Shown here: piece by piece, positions 12,086-24,786 of the stretch
Numbering within the stretch: the stretch's first letter is position 1
Layout of the letters: each line of letters begins with the position of its first letter
Assembly (NCBI GenBank): GCA_951406725.2
Contig: OX597818.1
Span: 42,780,001-42,844,000, forward strand
Direction of reading: 5' to 3'
From: Octopus vulgaris
Taxonomy: Eukaryota
DNA length: 64,000 bases
Notes under the pieces: model-generated
What the model saw: the letters and a program-made list of their open reading frames with translations, nothing else
Databases searched by the model: none
Told to the model about the DNA's origin: nothing
Program-made: the position numbers and the translations under genes

Positions 12086-12289
12086 TTGGAATAAATTGCT
12101 AGATTCACGAATGAACTGCTTAATTGCAGGCCTGCTGGTAAAATAACCTGTCCAGTAGCTATGAAGTCGGTCAGCATATGGAAAAAAATCGTCTGTTTTC
12201 ACAGGCCATGTAATGTTTGCTCTGTTTAGTTGATAAAGGTAGCATGATGGGGTAGAATAAATCAAATTCAATTTGCTGCCTTTTGCTTG
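12086..12289 (-). CDS. MAN2B1: MAN2B1 exon 9
   Basis: 204 nt, CAG/GTAAGT; [68 protein letters not shown]. Confidence 0.97.
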
Positions 12290-12597
12290 CTGAAAAATAC
12301 AATGGATAAAGCATATAAAATTAAGGGACTTATGTTATAGTAAACATTTGCTTCTTCAGTTACTAACAGCATGGAAAAATGTATTTGTTGTTGCAGAAGA
12401 GATGATGATCATGACAATGATGTACAACAATCACACTGAACTTATTCTATTCCAGCTGCAGCAGAACCTCTGTTTCAAAGCCAATATTTCATTACTATTT
12501 AGAATTCTGACTCATACAGGTTATCCTACATCCAACAAAGTGGTAGAAATTATCTAAACCGTTTTTCTGTCAAAATTTATACTAGACACCACATTAA

Positions 12598-12802
12598 CCC
12601 TTTTAGTTACTGTATTTATTTTGAGATTCTCTGTGTTTCTTTCAATTACTTTAAATATAACAAAGAATTTAGTAAAATAACTTAGTTATCATTCAGCTAG
12701 TGTTAGGAACATAAATTGTGACTAAGGTTTGGTGGAAGATTTTAATTAAAAACTTATGAAAACAAGACATTTGTACTCAGAGCCAGGTTGGTAATGAAAG
12801 GA
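12598..12802. mobile_element. piggyBac-like MITE
   Basis: TTAA|CCCTTTTAGTTAC ... GTAATGAAAGGA|TTAA. Confidence 0.6.
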
Positions 12803-12828
12803 TTAAGGCATAAAACTCAGCAGTTTAA

Positions 12829-13146
12829 CCCATTATCTGGCAAAGACGAGTTAACTTGTTTTCACCTAATTTGTCTTTTCCGAAGTGCGATGAGTAAACT
12901 TATCCAAAACATAATTTCAAAAACAGACACAGAGGAGTTTATACGTCAATTCTTGGCATTTCTCTGATTTTATCTGCTTTTCTTTTACAAATTACGCCCA
13001 GATGTTGGGCTTAGAAGATGACAAGGAGTATGAACCTTCTATTAGAAGCTTGGATACATCAGGTGAGAGTGCAAGCTCAACTGCTAAATAAAAATTCGTC
13101 TGAAAATAAAACATTTTCTCCCAAAAAAAAGTTGCCAGAGAAGGGG
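12829..13146. mobile_element. piggyBac-like non-autonomous element
   Basis: TTAA|CCCATTATCTGGCAA ... TTGCCAGAGAAGGGG|TTAA. Confidence 0.6.
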
Positions 13147-14562
13147 TTAATTTTGAAAAATCTATCGAAAACAAAGTTGATATGCCAGCATATCTAAAAA
13201 GCATGAGATCTGAACCTTTTTTTTAATAATCTTGAGCTTGATAAATCCACTAAGTCAAATTAAGACTTAAAACACTCTTTTATATTGGTTTACATGAAGA
13301 GAGTAGAGTCAACAATAGCCTATAGTAACATTTTTTTCTTTTAATCCCTTTCATTTCATTGTCACTGAAGACAAGTTTGCTCACATCATTTCTGACAGAC
13401 ATCTTGATTCATCCTAAACCACTAAAATATCATATGAAACATGGCCAAACTCCTCATCCTCTTAATATTAAAGATCAGCTGCAGATACTTTAACTCTGAA
13501 AAGCTGCTGCTGACTCACTGCAAAGCTCAAGTATGGCTCACAATGGAATAGTGTTCTTACATCTGGGATAATGCTACTGCTGCTACATACATAAACATCC
13601 TAGACTAAATCCAAAAGAAAACCATTAAACTGATTGGCAAAGACTACTTCTCACTCACCAACTCACTGCAACCAACTAACCCACAAATGTGACAAATGTG
13701 TTGTTCCTTCACTCTACTTATTCAAACTCAACTAATTCATCATCATCATCGTTTAACATCTGCTTTCCATGCTAGCATGGGTTGGACGATTTGACTGAGG
13801 TCTGGCGAACCAGATGGCTGCACCAGGCTTCAATCTTGATCTGGCAGAGTTTCTACAGCTGGATGCCCTTCCTAATGCCAACCACTCTGAGAGTGTAGTG
13901 GGTGCTTTTACGTGCCACCGGCACGGGGCCAGTCAGGCGACACTGGCAACGACCTCGCTCGAATCTTTTACACATGCCACCGGCACGGGTGCCAGTAAGG
14001 CGATGCTGGTAACAAACACGCTCGAATGGTGTTTTTTACGTGCCACCGGCACGGAGGCCAGATAGCCACTCTGGCAACGATCATGCTCAGATAATTGTTT
14101 ACTATACACATAGACCTAATTGTCTCTTCTGTTATCACCCATAATGCATCTTAACCCCACACCTTACCCAGCCCTGTATTAATCCTTACTCCCTAGAATA
14201 TTACCCCTTGGAAACTACCTTTCCACAAATATTTTTTCTTGCAGACATCATTCTATGGATATCTAAAGTGAGCATCAATTGCATCAGTCACATCAATCAC
14301 ATCAGTCTTGGTGAGAAGACCTGTGAAGGTCATCAGTATTGTGTTCACTTCCTGATCAAACCATAAAATGAAAGAAAAAATCTCTAACTGTCCACTTTTT
14401 TCTTATATGGATATACCTGTAGCTTTCTGCTTAGTTCATTTCCATAACAGCTTGTCTATAAGTAACACCCAGCATTTCTCTACACTGTCTTTTTTGTTCT
14501 TCCAACCAAGTTAGTATTTGCTGGCAGAACATAAAAATTAATTATTTTGTATGTAGTAGAAT

Positions 14563-14996
14563 GGATCTTTTCGGTTTGAAAGGCAGTTTTTAAAAATAAT
14601 TTCCACGTAACTAAACACATTTAAACTTCGTATACTGGTAGAATGTGTTTATGAAACATCTTTTTCTCTTGGCTTTATTGAGAAAATTCTATAGTTTGTA
14701 AGATATTTGTTGGTTTTTTTCTTCAATTTCTGCAATTTCAACCAATCAATGACGTCTATTGAGGTGAAAACATTCTGTGCCATATGAATATTCCCTCGTT
14801 TAAGAAACAGATTGGGTTTATTTACATTTGTGAAGAAAAAAATATACCCTTCCCCCCACCCCTAACCCTAACCCTAACTCTAATCCTAACCCTAAAACAG
14901 ATTGAAATGCAATAGATCGATACTAGGGTCATAATTATGTGTAACAATTTCATATGACACCGTTAGAAAAAACTGCTGTTCAAACCGAAAAGATCC
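14563..14996. mobile_element. MITE with GG-terminal TIRs and 8-bp TSD (Merlin-like), internal (CCCTAA)n
   Basis: TIR GGATCTTTTCGGTTTGAA / TTCAAACCGAAAAGATCC; perfect TSD AGTAGAAT; near-identical copy at 38028-38445. Confidence 0.85.
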
Positions 14997-15168
14997 AGTA
15001 GAATCTCTTGCCTAGATTTGAAGAAATTGATGTAAAAATGTTTAATAAATATGTAGGAAAGAATTTTCAAAAATATAACTCTTTGTTCCATCAAAGAACC
15101 TGCAATAGCTATAAACACATTGAAAAAGAAACATGAATTAAAAATATATATTTAAAAGTACAACTTAC

Positions 15169-15285
15169 TTTGGCATTAATGTGCTTAATAAGTTTGTCTA
15201 GATTCTTGTACCAAGTGTTGGCATTACTGTACTGAAAGTCCGAACCCATTGTTAGCATAATGTGTTTGGTTCTCAGAGTTAAAGA
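15169..15285 (-). CDS. MAN2B1: MAN2B1 exon 8 (acid/base Asp in MGSDF)
   Basis: 117 nt, TAG/GTAAGT; [39 protein letters not shown]. Confidence 0.97.
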
Positions 15286-15591
15286 CTAAAAAAAATAAGA
15301 GTAGAAAAAATTATATATATAAATGAAATTTGAGAGTTAGAAACAGATAAGATATAGAGATAATAAATAGAATGGCAGAAATATTTTACAACAGTTGGGA
15401 AAATAACAAAGTTAAATAATGGGAAAAAAAGAACAAAATTTCTAACTAAGCAAATATAATTTAAAAAATGATAAACTTACTAAAGACAAAACTTAAAAAG
15501 AAAACTTCTCAGGTGTTCAAAAATTAAGTGTTACAGTTTTACTAAATAAAAAAGAAATTAAAATGACAATACCAGAGTGAAATAAATAACG

Positions 15592-15970
15592 TACTCTTTT
15601 ACTTGTTTCAGTCATGTGACTGTGGCTATGCTGGAGCACCACCTTTAGTCAAGCAAATCAACCCCAGGACTTATTCTTTGTAAGCCTAGTACTTATTCTG
15701 TCGGTCTCTTTTGCCAAACCGCTAAGTTACGGGGACGTAAACACACCAGCATTAGTTGTCAAGCGATGTTGGAGGGACAAACACATACATACATATATAT
15801 ACATATATATGACGGGCTTCTTTCAGTTTCCGTCTACCAAATCCACTCACAAGGCTTTGGTCAGCCTGAGGCTATAGTAGAAGACACTTGCCCAAGGTGC
15901 CATGCAGTGGGACTGAACCCAGAACCATAAGTGGTTTGTAAGCAAGCTACTTACCACATGGCCACTCCTA
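15592..15970 (-). mobile_element. tRNA-derived SINE family A
   Basis: Reverse complement of the 4783/19078 copies. Confidence 0.85.
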
Positions 15971-16885
15971 CGCCAAGCCTTATCCACATACAACTTACAC
16001 ACCACAAGCTAAATTTGCACAGCCTTCATGAATAGAGACCTCAAAACATCCTTGAATGAAGATATATCAATCTAAACTCTTTCAACATCACAAAAAACAA
16101 TCATTGCTCCTCTCAAACAAGCAATTTTGTACTTGACCTGAAGATTTGAGCTGTAAGGTGCAAAATGGAGCACTGTTCCTACTTTGTATTTCTTTATTTC
16201 TTTATTGCCCACAAGGGGCTAAACATAGAGAGGACAAACAAGAACAGACAAAGGGATTAAGTTGATTACATCGACCCCAGTGCGTAACTGGTACTTAATT
16301 TATCGACCCCGAAAGGATGAAAGGCAAAGTCGACTTTGGCAGAATTTGAACTCAGAATGTAACAGCAGACGAAATACCGCTAAGCATTTTGCCTGGCGTG
16401 CTAACGATTCTGCCAGCTCGCTGCCCTTTTGGAAAGTTCCTACTTTTGGAAAGTTGCAGCTGCTATAAACCACATCCAAAAGATGTCAATTCTAGACTAC
16501 ACCCAAAAGAAGGTTGTGTGACTGATTAGCATTAACTCACTCACCAACACAGTCTCTGGTCCTTTACTGTATTGTCTTGTCTTTCTGCCTATTTAATCAC
16601 CATCCTCCGAACTAGTTAGTTGTATATCACCATTTCTGCCCAGGCACACTCAACACACTCACCCACCCCAATTGTGTCACAATATCCAGGCTCCCCACTA
16701 GCCACTATACCCAATCCTGAGATCAATTCCTGAAATTTCCTTCTTGCCTGCATCTTTCCTCTCCATTACAGATGTTCAAGTTAAACATAAACCACATCAT
16801 TTTCACTAATCTCAGAGGACATGTGAAGGTTATGGCTGCAGCCCTTACCTCCCCTCTAATCCATAAAAGAAACACCATATCTTAC

Positions 16886-16957
16886 CTTCATCATAACCCA
16901 GGTAGAGAACAAAATCAGCTTTTCATTCAGGTTGTTCTCTTTGAGTCGTGGGTCATC
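16886..16957 (-). CDS. MAN2B1: MAN2B1 exon 7
   Basis: 72 nt, AAG/GTAAGA; DDPRLKENNLNEKLILFSTWVMMK, continues the DDPIM-DDP motif in phase 0. Confidence 0.9.
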
Positions 16958-17396
16958 CTTAAATGAAAGATCAAAAGACAATATAATACATAAAAATACA
17001 TTAACTGCAGAAAAATTTTTTTCCAGATATTTTGAAGAACATAAATATAACATCTGTTCTCCCCATCTAAATATAATTCAAAATAACATAACTGTTATAA
17101 GTCATAAGTTTTCCAGTCAACAAGAGAATTTTTGAAAAAAAAAGTGTCAAACTTATATTTATAAGCAATTATAAATCACACACAATGATCAACTCTAGAA
17201 TAAACTTAATACTATCATCATAAGAACACACTGTTGTTAGTATTTTGTCATTGATATCCAGCATGAGACTGTGTTATATGGCTATCATGAGTATTGCTCT
17301 ATAAATGAAAAAAAGGCATTGGAGAGATAATGCATACCCTGCATGCATACAAAGATAGAATAAAATCTAATTTAATAAATATATTCTCAGACTTAA

Positions 17397-18216
17397 TCAT
17401 CATCATCATTGTTTAACATCCGCTTTCCATGCTGGCATGGGCTAGATGATTTGACTGAGGACTGGCAAACCAGATGGCTGCACCAGGCTCCAATCTGATT
17501 TGGCAGAGTTTCTACAGCTGGATGCCCTTCCTAACACCAACCACTCTGAGGGTGTAGTGGGTGCTTTTACGTGCCACCGGCACGAGGGCCAGTCAGGCGG
17601 TACTGGCAACGGCCACGCTCAAATGGTGCTTCTTACGTGCCTTTTACATGCCACCTGCCAATCGGAGCCAGTCCAACAGCATTGGCAACAACCTCGCTCG
17701 AGTATTTTTTCTCATGCCAGTAAGGCTACGCTGATAACAATCACTCACAAATGTTGCTTTTACATGCCACCAGCATGGAAGCCAGTCAGCTGCTCTGGCA
17801 ACAATCACACTTGAATGGTGCTCCTAGCACTCCACTAACACGGATGCCAGTCATCGAATTTGATTTTGATTTCGATTTCACCAACCCTCACCTTACTAAC
17901 AGCATCCCTGTACATGGCTTGCACAGCTCTCACTAACCATTCATCTATCCCTAGTTTCCTCATTGACCACCAGATAAGGGATCGGGGGACCCCATCAAAG
18001 GCTTTCTCCATGTCAATGAAAGCCAGGTACAGAGGTTTATCTTTGGCTAGGTATTTCTCCTGCAGCTGTCTTACTAGAAATATAGCATCAGTGGTGCTTT
18101 TCCCTGGCATGAACCCAAACTGCATCTTATCTAAACTGACTCTCTCCCAAATTAGTTGGGCTATGACCCTCTCTGTGACCTTCATTACCTGATCCAACAA
18201 CTTGATACCTCTGTAA
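17397..18216 (-). mobile_element. Internally deleted RTE-clade LINE: RT fragment joined to 3' UTR and (GAT)n tail
   Basis: 17878-18216 encodes YRGIKLLDQVMKVTERV...QFGFMPGKSTTDAIF...LAFIDMEKAFDGVPR (non-LTR RT domains 0-3), contiguous with the abundant GAT-tailed repeat. Confidence 0.88.
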
Positions 18217-18523
18217 TTATTTCAACAAAATTACATCAAGAGTTAATTCTCCTGCTAATCGTTTATGCATATGTAACAGAGAAAAAACATTTTGATTCAC
18301 TTGTCCACCACTTTTGAAGTTAATCAAACCAAAATTTAATGACTCTGAGCCTCTCACCCAATGAGTATTTCTGCCAAATTTGGTGAAAATCCATTCAGCC
18401 TTTTTCCAGTAATTTTGCAAACACAGACAAACAGACGAAGATGAGTGACTACAATACCCTGCTTTCGCTTACATGTACAGAGTAATGAAAAATGAGAAAA
18501 AAATTTATTACAAAAAGATTTAC

Positions 18524-18621
18524 CATAATGGGATCATCCTGACACAGTTCATCAAAACAAAATCCAGGGGGTGGATTATAGCCATTTAGTAGTATTCCAG
18601 TGAATAAATCTGCTTCCTCAC
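18524..18621 (-). CDS. MAN2B1: MAN2B1 exon 6
   Basis: 98 nt, TAG/GTAAAT; [33 protein letters not shown]. Confidence 0.95.
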
Positions 18622-19077
18622 CTACAATTACATTTCCAAATCAAAAATTGGAAAGAGTAATTCAATTTATAATTTTTTAAATTTTTTACATATGAAATAC
18701 ATTTTTATTTAGCAACACATTTTTACAAGAAGAAAAGAAAGAAAAAATTTCTATAATTAAAAGTATTTAAAAAATCAAATCAAGAGAAACAAACCCCAGA
18801 ACAACCTCCCCAAGGAAACAAAGGAAAATAAAAAAAATGGGGAAGGTAAGCAGCAGATGAGAAGTGGGGAGTAACAGGTTGTACACTCCAGACCAAATTG
18901 GGAACCACTGATCTAAGGTCTTGATTGCAACCAGCACAAACTGATAGTGGCCGGTCAGAATCCTATATTCGCTTATCTTCTACTCCTCTGTGTTACAGGT
19001 GGTGATACTCAGGTTTACAGCCAATGCCGCAATGTTAGAGCCAGAGAACATATCCCATTTTTCAAAAATATACATAA

Positions 19078-19485
19078 GGAGTGGCTGTGTGGTAAGTAGC
19101 TTGCTAACCAACCACATGGTTCCAGGTTCAGCCCCACTGCGTGGAATCTTGGGCAAGTGTCTTCTGCTATAGCCCCGGGCCGACCAATGCCTTGTGAGTG
19201 GATTTGGTAGACAGAAACTGAAAGAAGCCTGTCGTATATATGTATATATGTATATATGTGTGTGTGTGTGTGTATGTGTTTATCCCCCTAGCATTGCTTG
19301 ACAACCGATGCTGGTGTGTTTACGTCCCCGTCACTTAGCGGTTCGGCAAAAAAGAGACCGATAGAATAAGTACTGGGCTTACAAAGAATAAGTCCCGGGG
19401 TCGATTTGCTCGACTAAAGGCGGTGCTCCAGCATGGCCACAGTCAAATGACTGAAACAAGTGAAAGAGTAAAAGAGAGTAAAGAG
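19078..19485 (+). mobile_element. tRNA-derived SINE family A (well preserved)
   Basis: Full head-to-tail copy; inverted older copy at 19840-20226. Confidence 0.85.
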
Positions 19486-20032
19486 TCAGCTAGGTACATG
19501 TACAACACTCATTTGTACCTATACAAGTACAACACTAATTTTCCAGACACTGATGGTCTAGAACGGCTTATAATCTACACAAATATACAGATACCTGTAT
19601 TTCATTTAATTATTTAACTAAATTTAATATTTGTTTAATTTAGAGTGTGCTGACCAAGGTAATGGTCCCATAATCTAGAAAAGCTTTGGAACTAAAGGTA
19701 CCAAAAAAATCAATGTAGTACCTGCATTAAAGTTTCTAGAAAATCTTGAATTCTAAAAGGCAAAAAAAAAAAAAAGAAAAAGGAAAGTGCTTTCTAAATG
19801 TGGAATTGCATAATGTATTCAAAACTCCAATTTTAAATCTTTTATCTTTTATCTGTTTCATTCATTAAACTGAAGCCATGCTGAGACAGCACCTTGAAGT
19901 AACCCCAATACTTATTTTAAGTCTAGTACTTATACAATCAATTTCTTTTGTTGAACCACTAAGTTACAGGGATATAAATAAATGTTGTCAAATGGTGCTG
20001 GGAGACAAAGACACATATAAGTACATTTATAC

Positions 20033-20070
<38 letters not shown>

Positions 20071-20378
20071 CACACGTCCATGTAGTTTTCATCCACCAAA
20101 TTCACTCGAAGGCATTGGTCAGCCTGAGGCAATAGTAGAAGACACTTGCTAAAGATTCTGCACAGTGGGACTGAACCCAAAACCATGAGGTTGCAAAGCA
20201 AGCTTCTTATCCACATGACCATGCCTGGCCCTAAATATTAAAATGTTTCTAAAGTAAAAAAATCAAATATTTGTCAATAGAACACTTAAAAATAGATTTT
20301 AATTTGAAAATCAATTAAGTTTTTATTTCAAATGTTAACAAAAGTTTCAAAATAATGAAGAAAGATATAAGAGCGTAC

Positions 20379-20484
20379 CAATGTTTTGGTTTGCTTTCCA
20401 AACCATTTCCATATCTTTATTAAGCACACGTTTTACTATATCTTGGTAGTCAGCCCGTCCAAAAAATAATCCATCAAAGCCCAT
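20379..20484 (-). CDS. MAN2B1: MAN2B1 exon 5
   Basis: 106 nt, TAG/GTACGC; MGFDGLFFGRADYQDIVKRVLNKDMEMVWKANQNI. Confidence 0.95.
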
Positions 20485-21847
20485 CTACAAAACAAAATTA
20501 ATAATTAATATTGCAGACAAACAATAAATACAAAGAGAGGTGGGAAATGAGAAACTGGCAATCTGCTTTCTGCCACTAGTACTTTGTAGTGCCAGTGACA
20601 AAGCCACTTAACTATCAAGTAGTCCTAGACCATTTAACTATAAATAAGTACTAAATATATTCAAGATAAGAACTCACCACTCTAAACAGCATTATTGTTA
20701 TAGTAATTGTTGCTTATCTCCAAGTGAACCCTGGTTGAGTAGACTTATGACCAAAGACTATCCATCAATAAACACCTTGCTGTTCTAGAATATCTACAAC
20801 TACATTAACCAATGTGTCTTTTCCTTATTTAAGATAGCCAGGGAGATTTAGTTGCTACTTCTAGCAATTTAAACAGCCAAGTAGATGCACCTGACTAGTG
20901 TTTCTACAAAGTTTGTAATGCTATTCCAACCCTTTCTGTGGAAATAACTTAGAGAAAACTGCTCTCTGCTAAACTTCCTTGACCAAAGTACATAATATAA
21001 AGATGGAGTTTTCAGTGATGTCTTTAATGGACTCATCATCATCATCATCATCATCGTTTAACGTCCGTTTTCCATGCTAGCATGGGTTCGACGGTTTGAC
21101 CAGGGTCTGGGAAGCCAGGAGGCTGCGCCAGGCTCCAGTCTGATCTGGCAGTGTTTCTATAGCTGGATGCCCTTCCTAACGCCAACCACTCTGTGAGTGT
21201 AGTGGGTGCTTTTTACGTGCCACCAGCACAGGGGCCAGAGGAGGCTGGCAAACGGCCACGATCGGTTGGTACCTTTTACATGTCACCGACACCCACTTGG
21301 TAAAGAATTATATGTAGCAAATAATGAAAATATTTGTTTTCACGGAAGGTTAATGATAGAACAAATACATACTGAACATCAAAAATTTACTCAGCAGCAC
21401 AATAGCTGAATTTAAACAATCATTTAATGAGTTATATAAAATATTCTCCCTGGAATTAAAAGAATATAATGTCTGAAAAGCCAACATGATCACAACAGAA
21501 CATAAAATTCCATTGCTTTCTAAAAGGTAACCTTGTCTGATGTTTTCCCATCAATAGAATATATTAGGAAATTGTTTACTTTTTTAGTTGCACTATCTAT
21601 GCAGCATTAGGTTTTCACCATTTCCAGATATGTGAAGTTCTTACCACTTTAATCATGCTTAGTTGTCACTAATTTTTAACTAATTTCTTGCTTTACATTT
21701 AAACTTCTAAAATTAAACTTAGCTGCTCACATACATTTGGAGCACTTAAAATACTGATTTCCTACAAAATTAAATATAATAAAGCAACAAGGGAGTTTCC
21801 ATGTTGTCACTTGACCTACAAGGAGAAGCAACCAAATCTCCTTAAAA

Positions 21848-21921
21848 TCACCTGGGGTGGGTTGAGCTGGCTTCATTTGGCATTGAGGATGAATGAAGCC
21901 AGCTCAACCCACCCCAGGTGA
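21848..21921. repeat. Perfect 30-bp inverted repeat (14-nt loop) within a 23-bp TSD-flanked insert
   Basis: tcacctggggtgggttgagctggcttcatt / aatgaagccagctcaacccaccccaggtga; caaccaaatctccttaaaatcac duplicated at 21829-21851 and 21949-21971. Confidence 0.92.
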
Positions 21922-22160
21922 ATGCTGTCTCAAGACAAGACAAGAAGACAACCAAATCTCCTTAAAATCACACCTTCAATCTTAAAAAAAAACTTACTGG
22001 ATAATGTAGTTTGAACTACACAGTACCTGAAAAAGGATGGGATGGTCACAACTTGATTGCTTTTGATCACAAGTCCACTCAGTCGGGACTAGACTGGGGC
22101 TAAACAACAACAACCTTATATATAATTAGTTATAACAAATGAAACCAGTTAACTCCTTAC

Positions 22161-22354
22161 TCCAGCAAATAAAGATGCCATTTCTTTTGAGTGACCAAAT
22201 GGGTCAATCTGCCAGGCTACTCTTGGCCGGCCACATTCACCAAAGGTCTTTGATAGAAATTCAAAACCAAGAGTATGTTGGTCAATGATTGCACTATAGT
22301 GTGTTGCGGCTTCATCATTCATGGTCCAGCCTCCAAGTATGAATTCCAAGCGTC
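22161..22354 (-). CDS. MAN2B1: MAN2B1 exon 4 (catalytic nucleophile Asp in WQIDPFGH)
   Basis: 194 nt, TAG/GTAAGG; [65 protein letters not shown]. Confidence 0.97.
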
Positions 22355-22482
22355 CTATATAAATTGAAAATAAATTCATATCAGTCTTGTTAAAAGAAAA
22401 TTTCATATCTTTAGAGCACTATATGTTAACTACATATGAACAACCTGATTTTATAGCAAAACATTTTAGTATAAAGCATATA

Positions 22483-22995
22483 CCGTAAATCCTTGAGTAT
22501 AGTCTGCCCTTGAAAATAATACGCAGGGGATTTTTAGTGGGCTGTACCTCTGAAAATCCTAAACCTTGTGTATAATACACACCCCTTCTCTAACTTGAGT
22601 TAAGGAGGTCTATATAACGTCCTTAGTTTGTAAAAATGTATACAGTAATGTCCTTTACTATTATTGTATATATAACATAATGCAAACGTGTAGCTTTTGT
22701 TGTGCATTTTGTTTTCAGAAAATAAAGAAATAACAGTAATAACATTTAATAAATGTTGCTTACTGCAAGTTATGGATGATTCTTTTATGACTTCATTGCT
22801 TTCAGGCTTAGCTTAAGGTATTTTCGCACCCAACATCACAAAATACATCTGAATAAACATTGCCAGACAGTAAATCGAGACTCGAACATTGCTTAGAAAA
22901 TATTTTTAATTTTTAACCTCATATATAGTACACACTAGGGATTTTGACCTTTAAACTTTGGGGAAAAAATGTGAATTATACTTGAGGATTTATGG
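22483..22995. mobile_element. pogo/Tc2-like MITE
   Basis: TA|CCGTAAATCCTTGAGTATA ... TATACTTGAGGATTTATGG|TA. Confidence 0.75.
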
Positions 22996-24488
22996 TACAT
23001 TTAAAGTAAAGAAGTAATGTCCTGTAATTTATTTGAATACTGAGGAACCAGTGAAGACTGTCTTCATGTTAGGAGTAATTTTCTGAGTCTTTTTCAGACT
23101 CTGGATACTAAGCTGGTACTGCTATCTTGTGTAACACTTGTTAATTAAGGATTAGGTAAATGCTCAGTGTAAGAGATTAGTGCGCTAAAGTAGGGACTTT
23201 GAGTGGAAAAGCTTCATTTGATGGATTAAGACAGATGTAGTACAAAGTTTTCAAGTTCAAAGTAAAACTGCAAGAAAAGAAGAAACAGCACATCTGTGAA
23301 CTAGTGATTGTAGTTTGTTAGTCACTGAAGCTTCGCCAATTAGCCAGATGGTGTTTATTTGGGTACATTCGTTGCATATCTATGTGCAAACGCATGAGTG
23401 TGTTTGTTTGCTCAAAGCTGCATTGTCCTAGATATGTGAATGAAGATTCTAACTGAATTTTTTTGAGGGCCAACAACTGATCAGCACGTTTGATGTATAT
23501 ATAGTTCAAAGCACCCACTACACTCATGGAGTGGTTGGCGTTAGGAAGGGCATCCAGCTGTAGAAACACTACCAGATCAGACTGGAGCCTGGTGCAGCCT
23601 CCTGGCTTCCCAGACCCCGGTTGAACCGGCCAACCTGTGCTAGCACGGAAAACGGACGTTAAACGATGATGATGATGATGTATAATTGCTATAGGAGATC
23701 ATCAAAAATTGTGAGGGCTAGCATTTGTAACATGTCTGAAAGCTTTATCAGTGAATTGTTCATGATTGGAGGGATTGTAGTGTTGTATTTTTTTTGTTTT
23801 TTTTATCTGTGTAACAATTGACATTTAAGTACTGTTGAAACAAGTAAGTATTGTCATATTGTTATCAGAGGTCTTTAATTAGAGAATTAACACATATCTA
23901 GCAAATGGGGTCTGGGTTTCATGTGAAGGATACTAACAAGAGAAAATATTAAAGGACAGAGAAGTATGGAATATTGTTATAGCTGTTTTTGTTGTTTTTC
24001 CTCCAATCAGTTCTGTGTAGTGCAGATAGATCCATGATCAAAGAACATTCCAAAGAACATACCAGCTTTTCTTGTGGAATAGTTGTGCCTGGACAACATT
24101 ATCTAATATGTCTTTTTAAAGGATGGTAGGATGTGGACTGAAGGAAATTTGGCTGCTATTTCTTGCAAGTCATGCAACCATGTAGAGGTTTCATCATTAG
24201 CTTGTGAAGTGTGGACTAATTTGTGTGAGAAGCTTAATGTAGCAAGGTAAGAGAGAGTGTGAGACAGCAAACGGATGAAGTTCAATGGTAACCAACTTAT
24301 CAACAACGTTGTGGTGCACCTGAGCACTGTATTCAATAATTTCCTTATTATATTATAAGAAATAAACAAATGACCAGTAGGGAATACACAAGTAGAGTAA
24401 CAAAAAATATTTCAGTCAAAGCTGATTTCAAAAAATCTTATTGGAGTAATAAATTCAAGAGCAGTACCCTTAATATTATTATTTATTT

Positions 24489-24786
24489 ATGTGCCCTTTT
24501 CAAGCCTAGCCAGGCTCATGGGCCCAGTTTCCATGTTGTATGTGTTCCCCCCAGCTGGACGGGATGCCAGTCCATCGCAGCGTCACTCAAGAAACAGGAA
24601 GAAAGGGTAAGAGAAAGTTGGAGCAAAAGAGTACAACAGGGTCGCCACCACTCCTTGCCGGAGCCTCGTGGAGCTTTTAGGTGTTTTTACTCAATAAACA
24701 CACACAACGCCCGGTCTGGGAATCGAAACCGCGATCCTCCGATCACGAGTCCGCTGCCCTAGCCACTGGGCCATTGTGCCTCCACT
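24489..24786 (-). mobile_element. tRNA-derived SINE family C
   Basis: Minus-strand head tggcccagtggctaggg (A box) ...ggtttcgattcc (B box); copies at 45408-45716 (-) and 49184-49490 (+). Confidence 0.8.

Noticed and set aside
13814-14065. Recurrent short ORF family containing FLQLDALPNANHS
   Set aside because: Antisense translation of the RTE 3' UTR repeat; frames are not conserved among copies.
24700-24786. tRNA gene
   Set aside because: A/B boxes belong to a SINE head; no complete cloverleaf, and it is followed by SINE body in three copies.
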